A DNA stretch of 56,961 nt, counting the filler, from Spironucleus salmonicida (Eukaryota): NCBI RefSeq assembly GCF_000497125.1. It is 4 parts of 4 records of this genome, joined end to end, with 100 filler letters (N's around TTAATTAATTAA, not from the genome) between each part and the next. Parts side by side here need not be neighbours in the genome. Positions count along the whole stretch, not along the records: positions 17,431 to 28,065 come from NW_027150732.1; positions 28,166 to 46,588 come from NW_027150733.1; 2 more parts are not named here. One strand, given 5' to 3'. Made by a program: the position numbers and the translations under genes. Below, one piece after another: positions 23,540 through 36,500 of the stretch; position 1 is the first letter of the stretch, and each line of letters begins with the position of its first letter. The notes beneath the pieces were generated by a model. It saw nothing but the letters and a program-made list of their open reading frames with translations. It did no database searches and had not been told where the DNA came from.

Positions 23540-25630
23540 TCAGTCAACCAGATCGATGTCCTCCTCGTCGTTGCACTTCTCGAGGTTGGGGAGGGCCTCG
23601 GTGGCCACGGTCTCCTCCTCGGCGCCCAGGCCGACGCGGATCATGCCGTGGATCCTCTTGGCAAAGTTGGTGACGTCCTCGACGTCGAAGCCGGACTGGA
23701 TGAGCGCGGTCTCGTAGAGGAGGGTGGTGATGTCCTTGACGTAGACGGCCTCGGAGTCGGAGCCGAGCTTCTCGAGCAGGTTCTGCACGATCTTGTTGTC
23801 GGGGTTGATCTCCATGGTCTTCTTGCCCGTCATGACGGAGGCCATCGAGTCGTCGCGGAGGGCCTGGTGCTTCATGATCTTCTGCATGTTGGCGGACCAG
23901 CCCCACTCGGAGGTGACGAGGATGCAGGGGGAGGAGACGAGTCTGTCGGAGCCCACGCGGACGCCCTCGACCTTGTCGCCGAGGGTCTCCTTCATGAAGG
24001 TGCAGAGCTTCTCGAACTTCTGCTTCTGCTCTTCGGCGTTCTTCTTCTCGTCCTCGGTCTGCTCGATCTCGACGCCGTCCTTGGTGATGCACTTGAGCTG
24101 CTTGGAGTCGAGCTCGCGGAGGGAGGACACCATGTACTCGTCGATGGAGTCCTCGAAGAAGATGACCTCGATGCCCTTCTTCTGGAAGCGCTCCAGGAAG
24201 GGGGACTCCTTGAGGGCGGTCAGGTTGTCGCCGGTGATGTAGTATATGTTCTTCTGGCCCTCGGCCATGCGGGTGATGTAGTCGTCGAAGGAGGTGCGCT
24301 TGTCGGCGGACTTGGTGGAGTAGAAGCGGAGCAGCTTGGCGAGCTTGTCGCGGTTCTCCTGGTCCTCGTGGATGCCGAGCTTGATGGACTTGCCGAAGTT
24401 GGTGAGGAAGGTCTCGTAGTCCTCCTTGTTCTCGGCGAGGTCGGAGAAGAGCTTGAGGGCCTTCTTGATGATGTTCTTGCGGATGGTGTTCACGATCCTG
24501 TTCCTCTGCAGCATCTCGCGAGAGATGTTGAGGGGCAGGTCGTCGCAGTCGATGACGCCGCGGAGGAAGCCGAGCCACTCGGGGACCATGTCCGAGAGCT
24601 CGTCGGTGATAAACACCTTCTTGACCATGAGCTTGATGCCGCACTTCTTCTTGTTGCCGGACTCCCACATGTCCATGGGCGCGCGCTTGGGGATGTAGAT
24701 GATGCCGCGGAACTGGGCGGCGCCGTCCACGCGGAAGTGGGAGACGGCGAGGTGGGCCTCGTAGTCGTTGGGGTTGATCTGCTTGTAGAAGTTCTTGTAC
24801 TCCTCCTCGGTGACGTCCTTGGGGTCGCGGGTCCAGATGGCGGTCTGCTGGTTGATGTGCTCGACCACGTCCTCGATCTGCTTGATCTTCTTGGTCTCCT
24901 TCTTCTCCTCCTCCTTGTTCTCGTCGTCCTCGACCTTGCCTTCTTCGGCCTTGTTCTCCTCGGCGGTCTCGGCCTCAGCGGGGGCGTCGACTTCCTTCTC
25001 GACCTTCTTGTGGACGTAGATGGGGTAGCCGATGAACATGGAGTGCTTCTTGATCAGCTCGATGAGGCGGTCGGCCTTGAGGTACTCGAGCTGCTCCTCC
25101 TTGAGGTAGAGCCTGATCTCGGTACCGCGGATGAGCTCGGGGTACTCGATGTCCTCGATGGTGTAGGTGCCGCCGGCGGCGGAGGTCCACTTGAAGCAGG
25201 TGTCGTCGTTGTGCTTGGAGATGACCTCCACGCGCTCGGCGACCAGATAGGCAGAGTAGAAGCCGACACCGAACTGGCCGATGAGGGAGACGTCGGCTCC
25301 CTCCTGGATCATTTCCATGAACTGCTTGGCGCCGGAGCGGGCGATGGTACCGAGGCAGGAGATGAGGTCGGCCTTGGTCATGCCGATACCGGTATCTCTG
25401 AGCACGAGGAGGTTCTCCTCCTCCTTGGGGATGATCTCGATCTTGAGCTCTCTCTGCTCGCCGAGCACGTCGGGGTTGGTGAGCGCGGTGAACTGGATCT
25501 TGTCGCACGCGTCGGAGGCGTTGGAGATCAGCTCTCTGAGGAAGACCTCCTTCGAAGAGTAAAAGGTGTTGATGATGAGATTCATCAGCTGGGATATTTC
25601 GGCCTGGAACTCGAATGTCTGTGGGGGCAT
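23540..25630 (-). CDS. HSP90: Cytosolic heat shock protein 90 (696 aa)
   Basis: Motifs [44 protein letters not shown] and [11 protein letters not shown]. Contiguous ORF. Confidence 0.99.
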   Translation of the reverse strand: MPPQTFEFQAEISQLMNLIINTFYSSKEVFLRELISNASDACDKIQFTALTNPDVLGEQRELKIEIIPKEEENLLVLRDTGIGMTKADLISCLGTIARSGAKQFMEMIQEGADVSLIGQFGVGFYSAYLVAERVEVISKHNDDTCFKWTSAAGGTYTIEDIEYPELIRGTEIRLYLKEEQLEYLKADRLIELIKKHSMFIGYPIYVHKKVEKEVDAPAEAETAEENKAEEGKVEDDENKEEEKKETKKIKQIEDVVEHINQQTAIWTRDPKDVTEEEYKNFYKQINPNDYEAHLAVSHFRVDGAAQFRGIIYIPKRAPMDMWESGNKKKCGIKLMVKKVFITDELSDMVPEWLGFLRGVIDCDDLPLNISREMLQRNRIVNTIRKNIIKKALKLFSDLAENKEDYETFLTNFGKSIKLGIHEDQENRDKLAKLLRFYSTKSADKRTSFDDYITRMAEGQKNIYYITGDNLTALKESPFLERFQKKGIEVIFFEDSIDEYMVSSLRELDSKQLKCITKDGVEIEQTEDEKKNAEEQKQKFEKLCTFMKETLGDKVEGVRVGSDRLVSSPCILVTSEWGWSANMQKIMKHQALRDDSMASVMTGKKTMEINPDNKIVQNLLEKLGSDSEAVYVKDITTLLYETALIQSGFDVEDVTNFAKRIHGMIRVGLGAEEETVATEALPNLEKCNDEEDIDLVD

Positions 25631-25908
25631 TTGTGAAGGAGAGACGAATTGGGGGGAGTGGGAAATTTTCAGAATTTAGGGCGTACGGCGCATAATAATG
25701 TCAGTTCCCGCCGAATTTCGCTGGGAATAAATTCGACTAAATTCGGCGGAGGGGGATCTTGGACGCGCCGCCAGTATTATACGCGGGGCAGCAAAAATGC
25801 TCCGCAAGTAATATAGCTTATATACGCTAATATGCGCAATAGCGCGAATGCCGTAGGGCAGAGGGCCCGGCAAGCCCGCCTCGCACGTTCCCTAGTCAAA
25901 CCATCCAA

Positions 25909-26802
25909 TCACTCCTGGACACATACCTCCTCCGTCACGGCGGCGGTGGCCTCCGTCGGGTCCTCGCAGGTCTCATCGGCCGCCAGCGCCCTCCTGCCGT
26001 AGTACCACACCTGCCACAAGATCACCAGGTCGCACAGTGCCGGCCACGTGCAGGAGAAGATGAAAGGGGCCTAGTCCAGCGCCGAGGATCCGTTCGCGAT
26101 GTCGCACATGAGCGAAATGAACTGGAAGACGTTTCCGGTGAACGTGCAGACGAACATGCCACTGGAGAGGCCCTCGGTGCACTTTCTCCGGAAGTTCTTG
26201 TAGATCTGTCCCGGTTTGGACAGACCGTAGAGGGGGATGGTTAGGTACGAGAGCACCAGCCCGAAGTAGTAGAGGCCGCCGGTGACGGGCACGCTGTCCT
26301 GACAAGTGGTGAACTAGCTAGGCGCGTGCTGCATCAGGCCGGCCGCCGGGACCCCGTAGCTGCAGATGCCGACTACGACGATCGCCACCAGGAAGAGGTA
26401 GAGCTCTCCCTCGGCGAAGCTGACCCTGGTGCTCAGGCGGCGCTCCCGGAGCTTCTTGGCGAGGGGAAGGCGGTAGTACACCAGCTGGAAGACCAGGACC
26501 ACGTCCACCGCGCAGTAGAAGAGGGCCAGGAACTGCTGGGTGAAGAGCAGCTTCAGCACCGTCGTGGAGATTGCGTTGCAGAGGTCACCCCCGATCCACT
26601 GGAGGATGAAGACGAGCGATATGGCCTCGGTCTCCTTGATTAGGAAGTTGATGCGGATCTGGGGGTAGAGGGCGACGATCCAGCAGAAGATGGAGAGCCA
26701 GCCGAAGAAGAACGACACCACCTGCAGATTGGTCACCTGGCACTGGCTGAAGACGGCGGCGATGAAAAGGTTGGAGTTCTTGTCCTTGCATAGGCAGCCC
26801 AT
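25909..26802 (-). CDS. PQ-loop repeat membrane protein (YPQ/PQLC2-like amino acid transporter, 297 aa)
   Basis: Two PQ-loop units (YPQIRINF...TEAIS...WIGGD and PGQIYKNFRRKCTEGLS) joined through in-frame TAG codons. Stop in GAGTGA. Confidence 0.9.
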
Positions 26803-27773
26803 TTTTAATTTTGGCTGGGACTGCGAATAGTATTCGGGTTTAGTGAGTATTTTGACGTTCCGGTTTGTTTTTCAGTTAATATATTCTGGATTATAGGCGC
26901 GAAACTGGTATATGCCAAACCGCGCCAAAGTTGGTTCATAGACGTCAGATCTGCGCGAGTGCCATTATAATACGCAATGGGCAAGCCGCGAGAAATTGGT
27001 TCATGGGCGCGGCCCGAGCCTGCTTCGGGAGCTAGGAAGCTGTCCGGCAGCGTCCAGGCAGCGGGCGCGTCAGTGCCAACATCTCCGGCGTCGGTGCAGA
27101 AACGCGTCTGAAGACGCTGACGTCTTTTCTTGCATGCAGGTATCGCATTCAGCATCGTGTGCGCGCTCCCGAGCCAGCGGGCACCTTGACGCCCAACCGG
27201 GTGGCCCATGCGAGAAGGGCAGAGCCGCCCGCCTCTGGACATTCAAATCCCGCTTGCCAAGGGCGTGCACCCAGGCTTCCGGCCCCAGACGCTGCGGCCG
27301 CACCCCATCCGCGTGTGCAGGAGCAGCGCATGCTGGTGGTACCGCACCGTACGGAATCCCCTTTGGTGCGTATCAGCTGATGCACAGCAGAGCGCTGTCT
27401 GCAGCACTGCGAGCCGTGCCATCCGTGCTGGGGCTAAACCCTACGCGGCCCTGGGCTCCTGCTGTTTCGACGTCCCGCAACCTCTATCGCGGGACAGTGG
27501 GCTTATGGAAGCTGCGGCTGAAAGTTACGGTGCAGCTGGCCCTTGGGGTCCCGCATGCTTTCTGGGCGCACGCTCCATTGGACATGCACCGACCGAGGAG
27601 CCCTTCAGACGTGGGCGTGATGCCAGCCATCTGCGTGGGTATACCCAGCCGTCAGGGCCTCGCCGCGAGCTAGTGGCCGTCCCGCAAAACTCCAGCGGCC
27701 ATTTCCATCCCTCCATTTCGGCCTTATTATACCCTGCACGCCAGAACTCGCTCCAACTTCCCACCTACAAAAT

Positions 27774-28065
27774 ATGAAGGGCGCAGTGTCCCAGCTCTTC
27801 ACGCCCACCGTGAAGTTCAGCACCAGCACCACGACCCTCAAGCAGCTGCAGGACCCGACCCTGGCGCTCTCCCCCTACAACCAGGTGACGCCGATCCTGC
27901 GGAACTCGAAGGCCGCCGCGTGTCCCGAGCGCCAGAGCGAGCCCATGGAGATGTCAGAGAACTACCAGGACCGCACGGAGGCGCTGGAGTACACCGCCAG
28001 CTACAACGACATTCTCCGGCAGAAAGCGCCCGCGCCGCCCCAGCTCGCCGCCTCCCTGGGCTCCT
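27774..28065 (+). CDS. Hypothetical protein, 3'-truncated by the gap
   Basis: GC3-biased ORF with upstream TATA-like and C-rich motifs; it runs into the N-run. Confidence 0.7.
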
Positions 28066-28165
28066 NNNNNNNNNNNNNNNNNNNNNNNNNNNNNNNNNNN
28101 NNNNNNNNNTTAATTAATTAANNNNNNNNNNNNNNNNNNNNNNNNNNNNNNNNNNNNNNNNNNNN
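28066..28165. other. Scaffold gap with artificial spacer
   Basis: N-run, TTAATTAATTAA, N-run. Confidence 0.97.
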
Positions 28166-28167
28166 TA

Positions 28168-28599
28168 ATCAACCTACACTTACCCACACAGTAAGAGCTT
28201 GTGACGGCTCAATAAATGTTCATCCAATAATAGACATCCATCATTGATTCGATCCTTCACGTGAAATAATTCTAGGCTCTAAGTGCTTCAGAGAACGTAG
28301 CTAGTGACCTCTATACGGATGTAGAAGAGGTATAAGGCCTTAAAAATGTGATTTAATCTAACCTTACATAAGGAAAGGAGACTGTTGATAACATGAACAA
28401 TGAATTAGCACGCCAAAACGGATAAATTGAGGATCTTTAGGGCCGAGCAAAAGGTGTGGGAAGCATATTCACAAAGGGTGGTGGTTTAGCATTAAAAGTT
28501 GCTGCGACTGAAAATAAGCATTGCCTTATTCAAACTGCCATGATCATCGTGGTAATAGTTAGCTTTATAATAATTTTTGTCATTAAATTTACTAAATGA
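28168..28599 (+). CDS. Q-SNARE-like tail-anchored protein, probably 5'-truncated
   Basis: A coiled-coil (LTQGKETVDNMNNELARQNGQIEDLQGRAKGV) is followed by a terminal TM segment (AMIIVVIVSFIIIFVIKF). The frame is open back to the gap. Confidence 0.7.
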
Positions 28600-29166
28600 G
28601 AGTGATATATTGTTATGGTATTACTAATAATAACGTTTATTACGTGAGTGGGTCAAAATTTATGCTCTATAAGTGAACTTAAACTAAGGAAGTGGAAATG
28701 AGGAGTGTAAAGGAAAAATTGTTAACGTATGTTTATATGAAGTAATACAGTATGATATAGAGTTAAGTAAGGGAGATCTGAAATTTATAAATTGCAGATT
28801 AATAATATGTTTAATAAACTAAATTAAGTAATAAAAGGGAAAACTCTACTTTGCGCGGTAAACGTTCTGACTCGATAAAATAAAAATGATTTATGCTTAT
28901 AGTATCATTTTATCGTATGTATCACATTAGTGAGTTACTGAAGTAAGAGATTATCTTAAGATTTAATAGTTTCGGCTACTATAATTAGCTTATTAGGTCT
29001 TATAAGGTATTATTGTTACTAATTTTTGGTTTCAGTTTTTACTAATTAAGTATATTTTATAATAATATACTAAAACAAGAATTTTTATCTACACTCAATA
29101 AACCACAATATTTAATGTAATAATTAAACAATAAAATAATATGCTGATAATATTTATTTCCAAAAT

Positions 29167-29424
29167 ATGGGATCATCCCAAGAAAACATTAGCTTTCACA
29201 CAGTTATGGATATGTTTGAAAATGATCGAGGGATGAGCAGTGATATATTTGAAAAGGATGATTATGAAGTAGATATTTAGTCATTGATACCGAAAAAATA
29301 TTTGTAGCAATTATCTTATTTGGAGCCTTCGATATTAGACTGCTTTCAAGATTACGACTTTTAGCTAGACTTTGACTCTGGAATATATACAGTTCCAAAT
29401 GATGATACGCTATCTGATATCTGA
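29167..29424 (+). CDS. Small acidic hypothetical protein (85 aa)
   Basis: MGSSQENISFHTVMDMFEND...DDTLSDI* with TAR=Gln; AGTGA lies just downstream. Confidence 0.6.
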
Positions 29425-29443
29425 TCGGAATGAGTGAAATATT

Positions 29444-30160
29444 TCAAATCAATTTTTTCCAGACACTGACATAAATAGTTTTATCATCATCTTTTCTTAA
29501 ATGCCTCTATGCATCAGCAGTCTAATTTAAATGTTTAAGAAATGAAGCGCATAACCCATCTTAAGTATCAATTTTTTCAAAGAGCCCTGATTCTTTGACA
29601 CCTTCGTCCATAGCTTCACTAAGTTCTTAAACATCAGTACAACACAAAATTAGCCCTTTACTTTACAAATAATACTATAATTCTATAGCAAAACTTTGTG
29701 TTAAAACTCTTCTTCTTTTATTTTACTATTTAAATTGAGGATCAGCAAACATAATAGAAAATGCTTCTACTGACCCTTTAGATACTAAAATAGGCAATTG
29801 TCTCATAACATTACATCGAAGAACAGCAGCATTCAGTAAGCAGCTCTCGGTTTCTCTTTTATCAATAATTTATTGCTGGGCAATAGCAGCTGCCTTATCA
29901 CGAATTTCAAGGCCTAGGAAGGATTTTTAAGAATATTCACTAGCCATTTTACAAATAAAATCTCCATAACCACATCCTATATCAATTAAAGAAAATGAAG
30001 AGAAATTTTGTTCAGGATAAAAATCATTATAGGGAAATTCATCGGCATTGACAGCAGGTAAAGGTATATTATTATCTGCTAATGGATTTGAATGTGGGCG
30101 ATGCCTAAACCTCTAGTATGCTTTAGACTAGCAATCTGGGCGATTTTTAAAACCTTCCAT
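29444..30160 (-). CDS. TRM8: tRNA (guanine-N7)-methyltransferase (Trm8/METTL1)
   Basis: Motifs RHRPHSNPLAD, DIGCGYG, LGLEIRDK, MFADPQFK...KRRRV and CTDVQEL; 238 aa with TAR=Gln. Confidence 0.93.
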
Positions 30161-30216
30161 TTAATTTAATTATTAAAGTGGAGATTAAAGTGAAATGAAA
30201 AAATAAAAAATAAAAC

Positions 30217-31041
30217 TCATGCACTACCATCCATGCTTCGAACGCTCTAATTGCCTATTATACTTGGATTTCCATTCCCACTAGAGTCTCCATCGTCAGT
30301 CTTCTCCTATTTCCTCTACTCAGCTTATAATTTCAGTTCGTTTCCTTTAACATTTAGTTCCTTATTATATTTCCCATCTTTAAATCCCTCGCATCCATTC
30401 ATTAGGAATACCACCATCATATACTAATCGCTTTATTCTGCAACTTAGACCAAACTTCTCCCCATCCCGTCGACAATTCCTCCTTCTTCAGAAATAAGTT
30501 CTTTGACAATTTCTGGATACCCTCTTTGTGCTGCCAAAGCACATGCTGTGAGACCATTATCATCTTATAAACCACACTGATTTGTAAGTAATTAAACACT
30601 TTCAAGTTTGCGGTACATCGCAGCCTTCATAAGTGGTGTCCGCTAAAGATCATCGAAACATATTTTCTCAGTTTTAAGTTCTTTTATGAGCTCCAAACAT
30701 CCTGACATTGCTGCGAAGTGAAGGGGTGTCGAGTTAGACTTATCTGGGATGTCGCGTTCCGCCAGCAGAAGCTTAGCAGCCTCTGGTTTGTTAAAAATAA
30801 GAGCCTTATGCAAGGCGGTTTAACCGTTACAATCTTGCATTTTTAGTTCATCCATAAGTAACTCTATCATATTTAGACTGTTACGGCGTGCTGCGATCAT
30901 GAGTGACGTCGTACGGGACGTCTCCTGACACGTTTATAAAAAATCTGGTATCATTATTGTTGCTGATTTAAAGTTATCAAGCTCTAGGTGATAATGTAGC
31001 ATCTCTACGGAGTTTTCTGGAATGGAACTGGGGACGCCCAT
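30217..31041 (-). CDS. Ankyrin repeat protein (274 aa)
   Basis: Repeated units TSLMIAA, GQTALHKA, STPLHFAA, RTPLMKAA and GLTACALAA. Confidence 0.9.
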
Positions 31042-31530
31042 TTTTAAGATGAATTTTATATGAATTATATATATCTATGGAAATAATAATTTCTAAGGTT
31101 TTTTAGTATAAATTATTTAGTAAAGTTATATTATAGTATAATATAATTTGAATATGATCTGGAAGACAATAAGGTTCCTACAGTTGAGAGGTAAAGATGA
31201 AATTGAATAGCATGCGTTGTAATTTTGTCAGATAATATTGAATACTCACAAAACGAATAAATAAAATGTATTAGGATAATCATAAGTGTTATATAAACTC
31301 ATTATTGGAATGATTTATCAGAAATATATCTAGATACACATTTGTTTATATTAAATGTCATTAAATGAAAAATATTCACATTATCAGTTTTTATTCATTT
31401 TTATATTCATATTGAAATTCAATTCAATTCAATTTTTAGACTTTGAAAATTACGTAAATTCCAAATTTCGCATTTTAGCCATATAAATACAACTTCTAAA
31501 ATATTTTTTAAAATAATATTTAATTATAGT

Positions 31531-31971
31531 TCACTTCGTTAGCAATAATATGCTGTTTTTATTCTTGTTCTTGGCCTTGATTTCTGCCTTCAACATTATG
31601 TCCTTCTTTAGCCTTTCAAAATAAAGCATTATTTTGTATGCACCTTTTTTGCTTGCCAAGCACTAAACAGCTGTTTGTGAAGTAAGACATCCACATAACC
31701 ATTCTGGTGTCAAGTTCTTAAAAGTAGGTTCCCATGGAAAATTGTGCAATGGATGGATTGGCTCAGTATTCTAGAGCTGACGGCGTTTGAGCTCTTCCAG
31801 GGCTAGTTGTGCCATTTCGCTTTATTAATTTATGAATTTATCTTCGCGTTCTTTGAGGAAAGGTGACGCTATAATGTACCTGTATTTTGATCTATCAATG
31901 AATGGTAGGTGAATTAAGTTAGAACTGCTTTTTTCAGTAAAGAAGAATGAAGATCTTTTTAGTTTGTTCAT
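31531..31971 (-). CDS. Hypothetical protein (146 aa)
   Basis: MNKLKRSSFF...KNSILLLTK*; stop in AAGTGA. Confidence 0.7.
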
Positions 31972-32137
31972 TTTTTACTTTATGCTTAAAAATATTGAAT
32001 TCGATACTTGTGAAATAGTTTCTTGGATCGCAAAAACAATAAATTATATAAATAATTACATAATCCAATCTTTTAATATACTAGACTTTTAATCATATTA
32101 TAATTATATTATTGCTAATCACCGCCCTTTTTAAAAT

Positions 32138-33037
32138 ATGAAAGTATTCCATGCCTCACAGCCTCCTCCAGTACCTGGCTATGCCTAGAGATTATAGTCA
32201 CTTTACACAGCATAGGACGTAGATACCTTTAAGTAATCTCATCAAATTGTTTCAAAAGATAAACCATCAACTGTATAGTCACACCAAACAATTTTTTCGT
32301 CTCCTGGTCCGATCCCACATAAAGCGCATCCATTAAATACTAATTCAAACTCAGTTTTCACATCAGAAACTGAAAAACCGAGAAAATATAACTCCTCTAA
32401 TTAGCCAGCGTCAGATCCATTTGGAGCATAAATCCATTCCCAAAAAACTAACAATTACTTAAAATCTGATTTATTTTCTGCGGAAATACCACCCCCCAAG
32501 TAAAAAGTTTACAAAAATGCGTAAACAACGGAACAATAACCCTATCATAGAGTCTTAGCAGCTCCAAGAGATCTCAACAACCGGGCAGGGATCACCACGG
32601 ATATGTAAATCCGCGAAATTGTCAAAAAATTAATACCATAAAAGCCTGGATAGGAGCAGCAATTAATATATGGCAAGAAAAGAAACGAAAATGTACAGAC
32701 CTTAGAAAAGCAAGTAACATAACCAAAAATAAATATAGACTTCCAAAAATCGGATTTATGGAACGGCGAATGTGTACCAAAACAAACAGTACACCACCAG
32801 CCGAGACAATCTGCACTTGATTTTGGAATAGAAAAAATTGAAGCTATTAAGAAACCATCAATATCCAATTAGAGCAACTACGAGACTATTCTTCATAATT
32901 TTCCGATCACGAAATTTGACTGTAAAAATCCAAATTCATTAGACGGACGGAAGCTGTTTTTCAACTAAAATGATGCATAGAATGCCAGAAGAGCAGCCTG
33001 TGAGGAGATGATGCGAAACAAAACTAGAATGCAGTGA
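32138..33037 (+). CDS. Hypothetical low-complexity protein (299 aa)
   Basis: MKVFHASQPPPVPGY...MMRNKTRMQ*, open with TAR=Gln; stop in CAGTGA. Confidence 0.8.
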
Positions 33038-33501
33038 TCTCAGAATAGTTTGTCTTTGTAATTTTTCAAAATTTAGGAGACCTCGCGGTATCGATATGTG
33101 ACAGGCTGATTGCGAATGCATCCAATATGGACATCGAATTCAATCTACTCGAGAATTTTTACTCTCTGCTGCCTTGTTTATGACTTTCGAAATTCATAAT
33201 ATTATTATGTCTTTTAAATCACTTTTTGATCCGTGCATTTTGCAGGAGGTGTAACTTAAAAATCGACATGATCCAAACTAACGATATGGGAGTTATTTTT
33301 AAGTCGTTTAAATGCACGTATGAACCGTAAAATTGCGTTCGGTGGCTTATTGAGTGTACTAAAGTGTAAATCGGTTACATTTACGATCTTTAAATTAAGC
33401 TATTCCACAATATTTTAGTCTAGTTCAAACTGCACTTTGGTAAAGTTAAACATGTTGCGCCGTGTGGGAGTTTTTAGCTGATTTGCAATCAGATATTTTA
33501 A

Positions 33502-36500
33502 ATGACGCATGTAGTAAGTTAAATAGATAATAATGTATAATAAAATAGATAATAAAAATAGATTTCTATTTTTATGAGTTCGTTATATATTGTTATAATG
33601 GATAAAGCAACTTTAGAAAATTACAATGCATAAATACTAAACTACCTTTTTTGACAACAATACCGAAGAGCTAAATGAGAATAAGGCAGAAAAATTTCTA
33701 AAAATATTGTAAACATAGTGTACATTATTGCTTAACATTCTACCTTAGTAAAAATAGCTGAAAGAATTATATGATTTCGTTTAAGAGTTTAGTTGTAATA
33801 ATGACACAAAAATTGTTTGGAATGTTGATATTTTGGGCGTAATTATGGAAATTATAAAGGGAAACTAAATCCTAATAGATTATGAGCAATTATATTCTCC
33901 TCCCACGGATTTAGAAAAATTATAAGATATTTATAACTGGATGAGATATAAAAGACATGTAATGTACTAATTAACCAGATAGTCAGTTGGTATATAATAG
34001 GATAAAGAACGGGACTTATAAAAAGTTTTACCAACAGAATTTATGTTACTCATCCTAGAATAAGTATCTAAACTCTATAAATCAAAGAAACATAAACATT
34101 AGAATATTAAAAGCTTAGGAGCAAGAAATGGTCTATTAAGCTCTTAGCTGTCGAGTATGGACGTTTCGAAATTGTTAACTTCTGGGACAACAAGGAGTTC
34201 TAGATATTTTGTTTCAGAACTTCATGGAACGCAAAAATGTATATAAAATTTTGAAAATTTATAACATAAATATTTCAGTAATTAAAAAGCAACAAACTTA
34301 ATTATTGAATCTATAGTTAAATTTTAACTAGATTAATAAAGTGAGTTTTAAAACATTCAAAACTAACATGAAAATAGTATCGATATTTAATTCATGCTAA
34401 ATGAATATGCAGCTGCATGTGATAATTTACAAGAAACATACATTAAGTTAATAGATAATAAAAAGTAGTAAAATCAGATATAAAATTTTCCTTCTTTATC
34501 ATCTAGCTTAAATTTAATAGACTAAAATTAGTTTTAGAAACCTTAACGTAAAAATTTTCAGCTCGTTCCTAACACATATTCAGCTATAAATAGCATTAAA
34601 TAAAATTCTTCTTTATAATCTATTTCCGAATTATAGGATGATGATTCATATGTAATTTAAGAAAAAAGACAAATTAGCTGTCATCCATCTTAAGATTTTG
34701 AAGATAATTTCACCATTTCTAAAGTAAACTTAAAATTACATGAGGTTATAGATAATCGCAGTAATGAAGAGATATAGCCATTAGTAAATAAAATGTAGAA
34801 TATTGATCTATAGTTAAAGGATCTATTTATTAATACCTTCATAATTGATTATGATCATGATGATGTCTCCGATAATAATAGTATATAGGAAGAGCGTGCT
34901 GCGTTGCTGAACCTACCAGAGCAAGAGCGTGCTGCCCTCCTGAATCTACCAGAGGAAGAGCGTGCTGCCCCCCTGAACCTACCAGAGGAAGAGCGTGCTG
35001 CCCCCCTGAACCTACCAGAGGAAGAGCGTGCTACCTTCCTGAACCTACCAGAGGAAGAGGGTGCTACCTTCCTGAACCTACCAGAGGAAGAGCGTGCTAC
35101 CTTCCTGAACCTACCAGAGGAAGAGCGTGCTGCGTTGCTGAACCTACCAGAGGAAGAGGGTGCTGCCCTCCTGAACCTACCAGAGGAAGAGGGTGCTACC
35201 TTCCTGAACCTACCAGAGGAAGAGCGTGCTACCTTCCTGAACCTACCAGAGGAAGAGCGTGCTGCCCCCCTGAACCTACCAGAGGAAGAGCGTGCTGCCC
35301 CCCTGAACCTACCAGAGCAAGAGCGTGCTGCCCCCCTGAACCTACCAGAGGAAGAGCGTGCTGCCCTCCTGAACCTACCAGAGGAAGAGCGTGCTGCCCC
35401 CCTGAACCTACCAGAGGAAGAGCGTGCTACCTTCCTGAACCTACCAGAGGAAGAGCGTGCTACCTTCCTGAACCTACCAGAGGAAGAGCGTGCTGCCCTC
35501 CTGAACCTACCAGAGGAAGAGCGTGCTGCCCCCCTGAACCTACCAGAGGAAGAGCGTGCTGCCCTCCTGAACCTACCAGAGGAAGAGCGTGCTGCCCTCC
35601 TGAACCTACCAGAGGAAGAGCGTGCTGCGTTGCTGAACCTACCAGAGGAAGAGCGTGCTAACTTCCTGAACTTATCAGAGCAAGAGCGTGCTGCGTTGCT
35701 GAACCTACCAGAGGAAGAGCGTGCTGCCCCCCTGAACCTACCAGAGGAAGAGCGTGCTGCCCTCCTGAACCTACCAGAGCAAGAGCGTGCTGCCCTCCTG
35801 AACCTACCAGAGCAAGAGCGTGCTGCCCTCCTGAACCTACCAGAGGAAGAGCGTGCTGCCCTCCTGAACCTACCAGAGCAAGAGCGTGCTGCCCCCCTGA
35901 ACCTACCAGAGGAAGAGCGTGCTGCCCTCCTGAACCTACCAGAGGAAGAGCGTGCTGCGTTGCTGAACCTACCAGAGGAAGAGCGTGCTGCCCCCCTGAA
36001 CCTACCAGAGGAAGAGCGTGCTGCGTTGCTGAACCTACCAGAGGAAGAGCGTGCTGCCCCCCTGAACCTACCAGAGGAAGAGCGTGCTGCCCTCCTGAAC
36101 CTACCAGAGGAAGAGCGTGCTGCCCCCCTGAACCTACCAGAGGAAGAGCGTGCTGCCCCCCTGAACCTACCAGAGGAAGAGGGTGCTGCCCCCCTGAACC
36201 TACCAGAGGAAGAGGGTGCTGCCTTCCTGAACCTACCAGAGGAAGAGCGTGCTGCGTTGCTGAACCTACCAGAGCAAGAGCGTGCTGCGTTGCTGAACCT
36301 ACCAGAGGAAGAGCGTGCTGCCCCCCTGAACCTACCAGAGGAAGAGCGTGCTGCCCTCCTGAACCTACCAGAGGAAGAGCGTGCTGCCCCCCTGAACCTA
36401 CCAGAGGAAGAGCGTGCTACCTTCCTGAACCTACCAGAGGAAGAGCGTGCTGCCCCCCTGAACTTATCAGAGGAAGAGCGTGCTGCCTTCCTGAACCTAC

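Noticed and set aside
17482-25636. Long overlapping alternative-frame and antisense ORFs over galM, the sugar porter and HSP90
   Set aside because: These are expected by-products of extreme GC3 bias; they are Arg/Gly/Leu-rich with no motifs.
32119-32868. Minus-strand frame with in-frame TGA and TGATGA suggesting recoding
   Set aside because: It is the antisense of the clean plus-strand gene 32138-33037.
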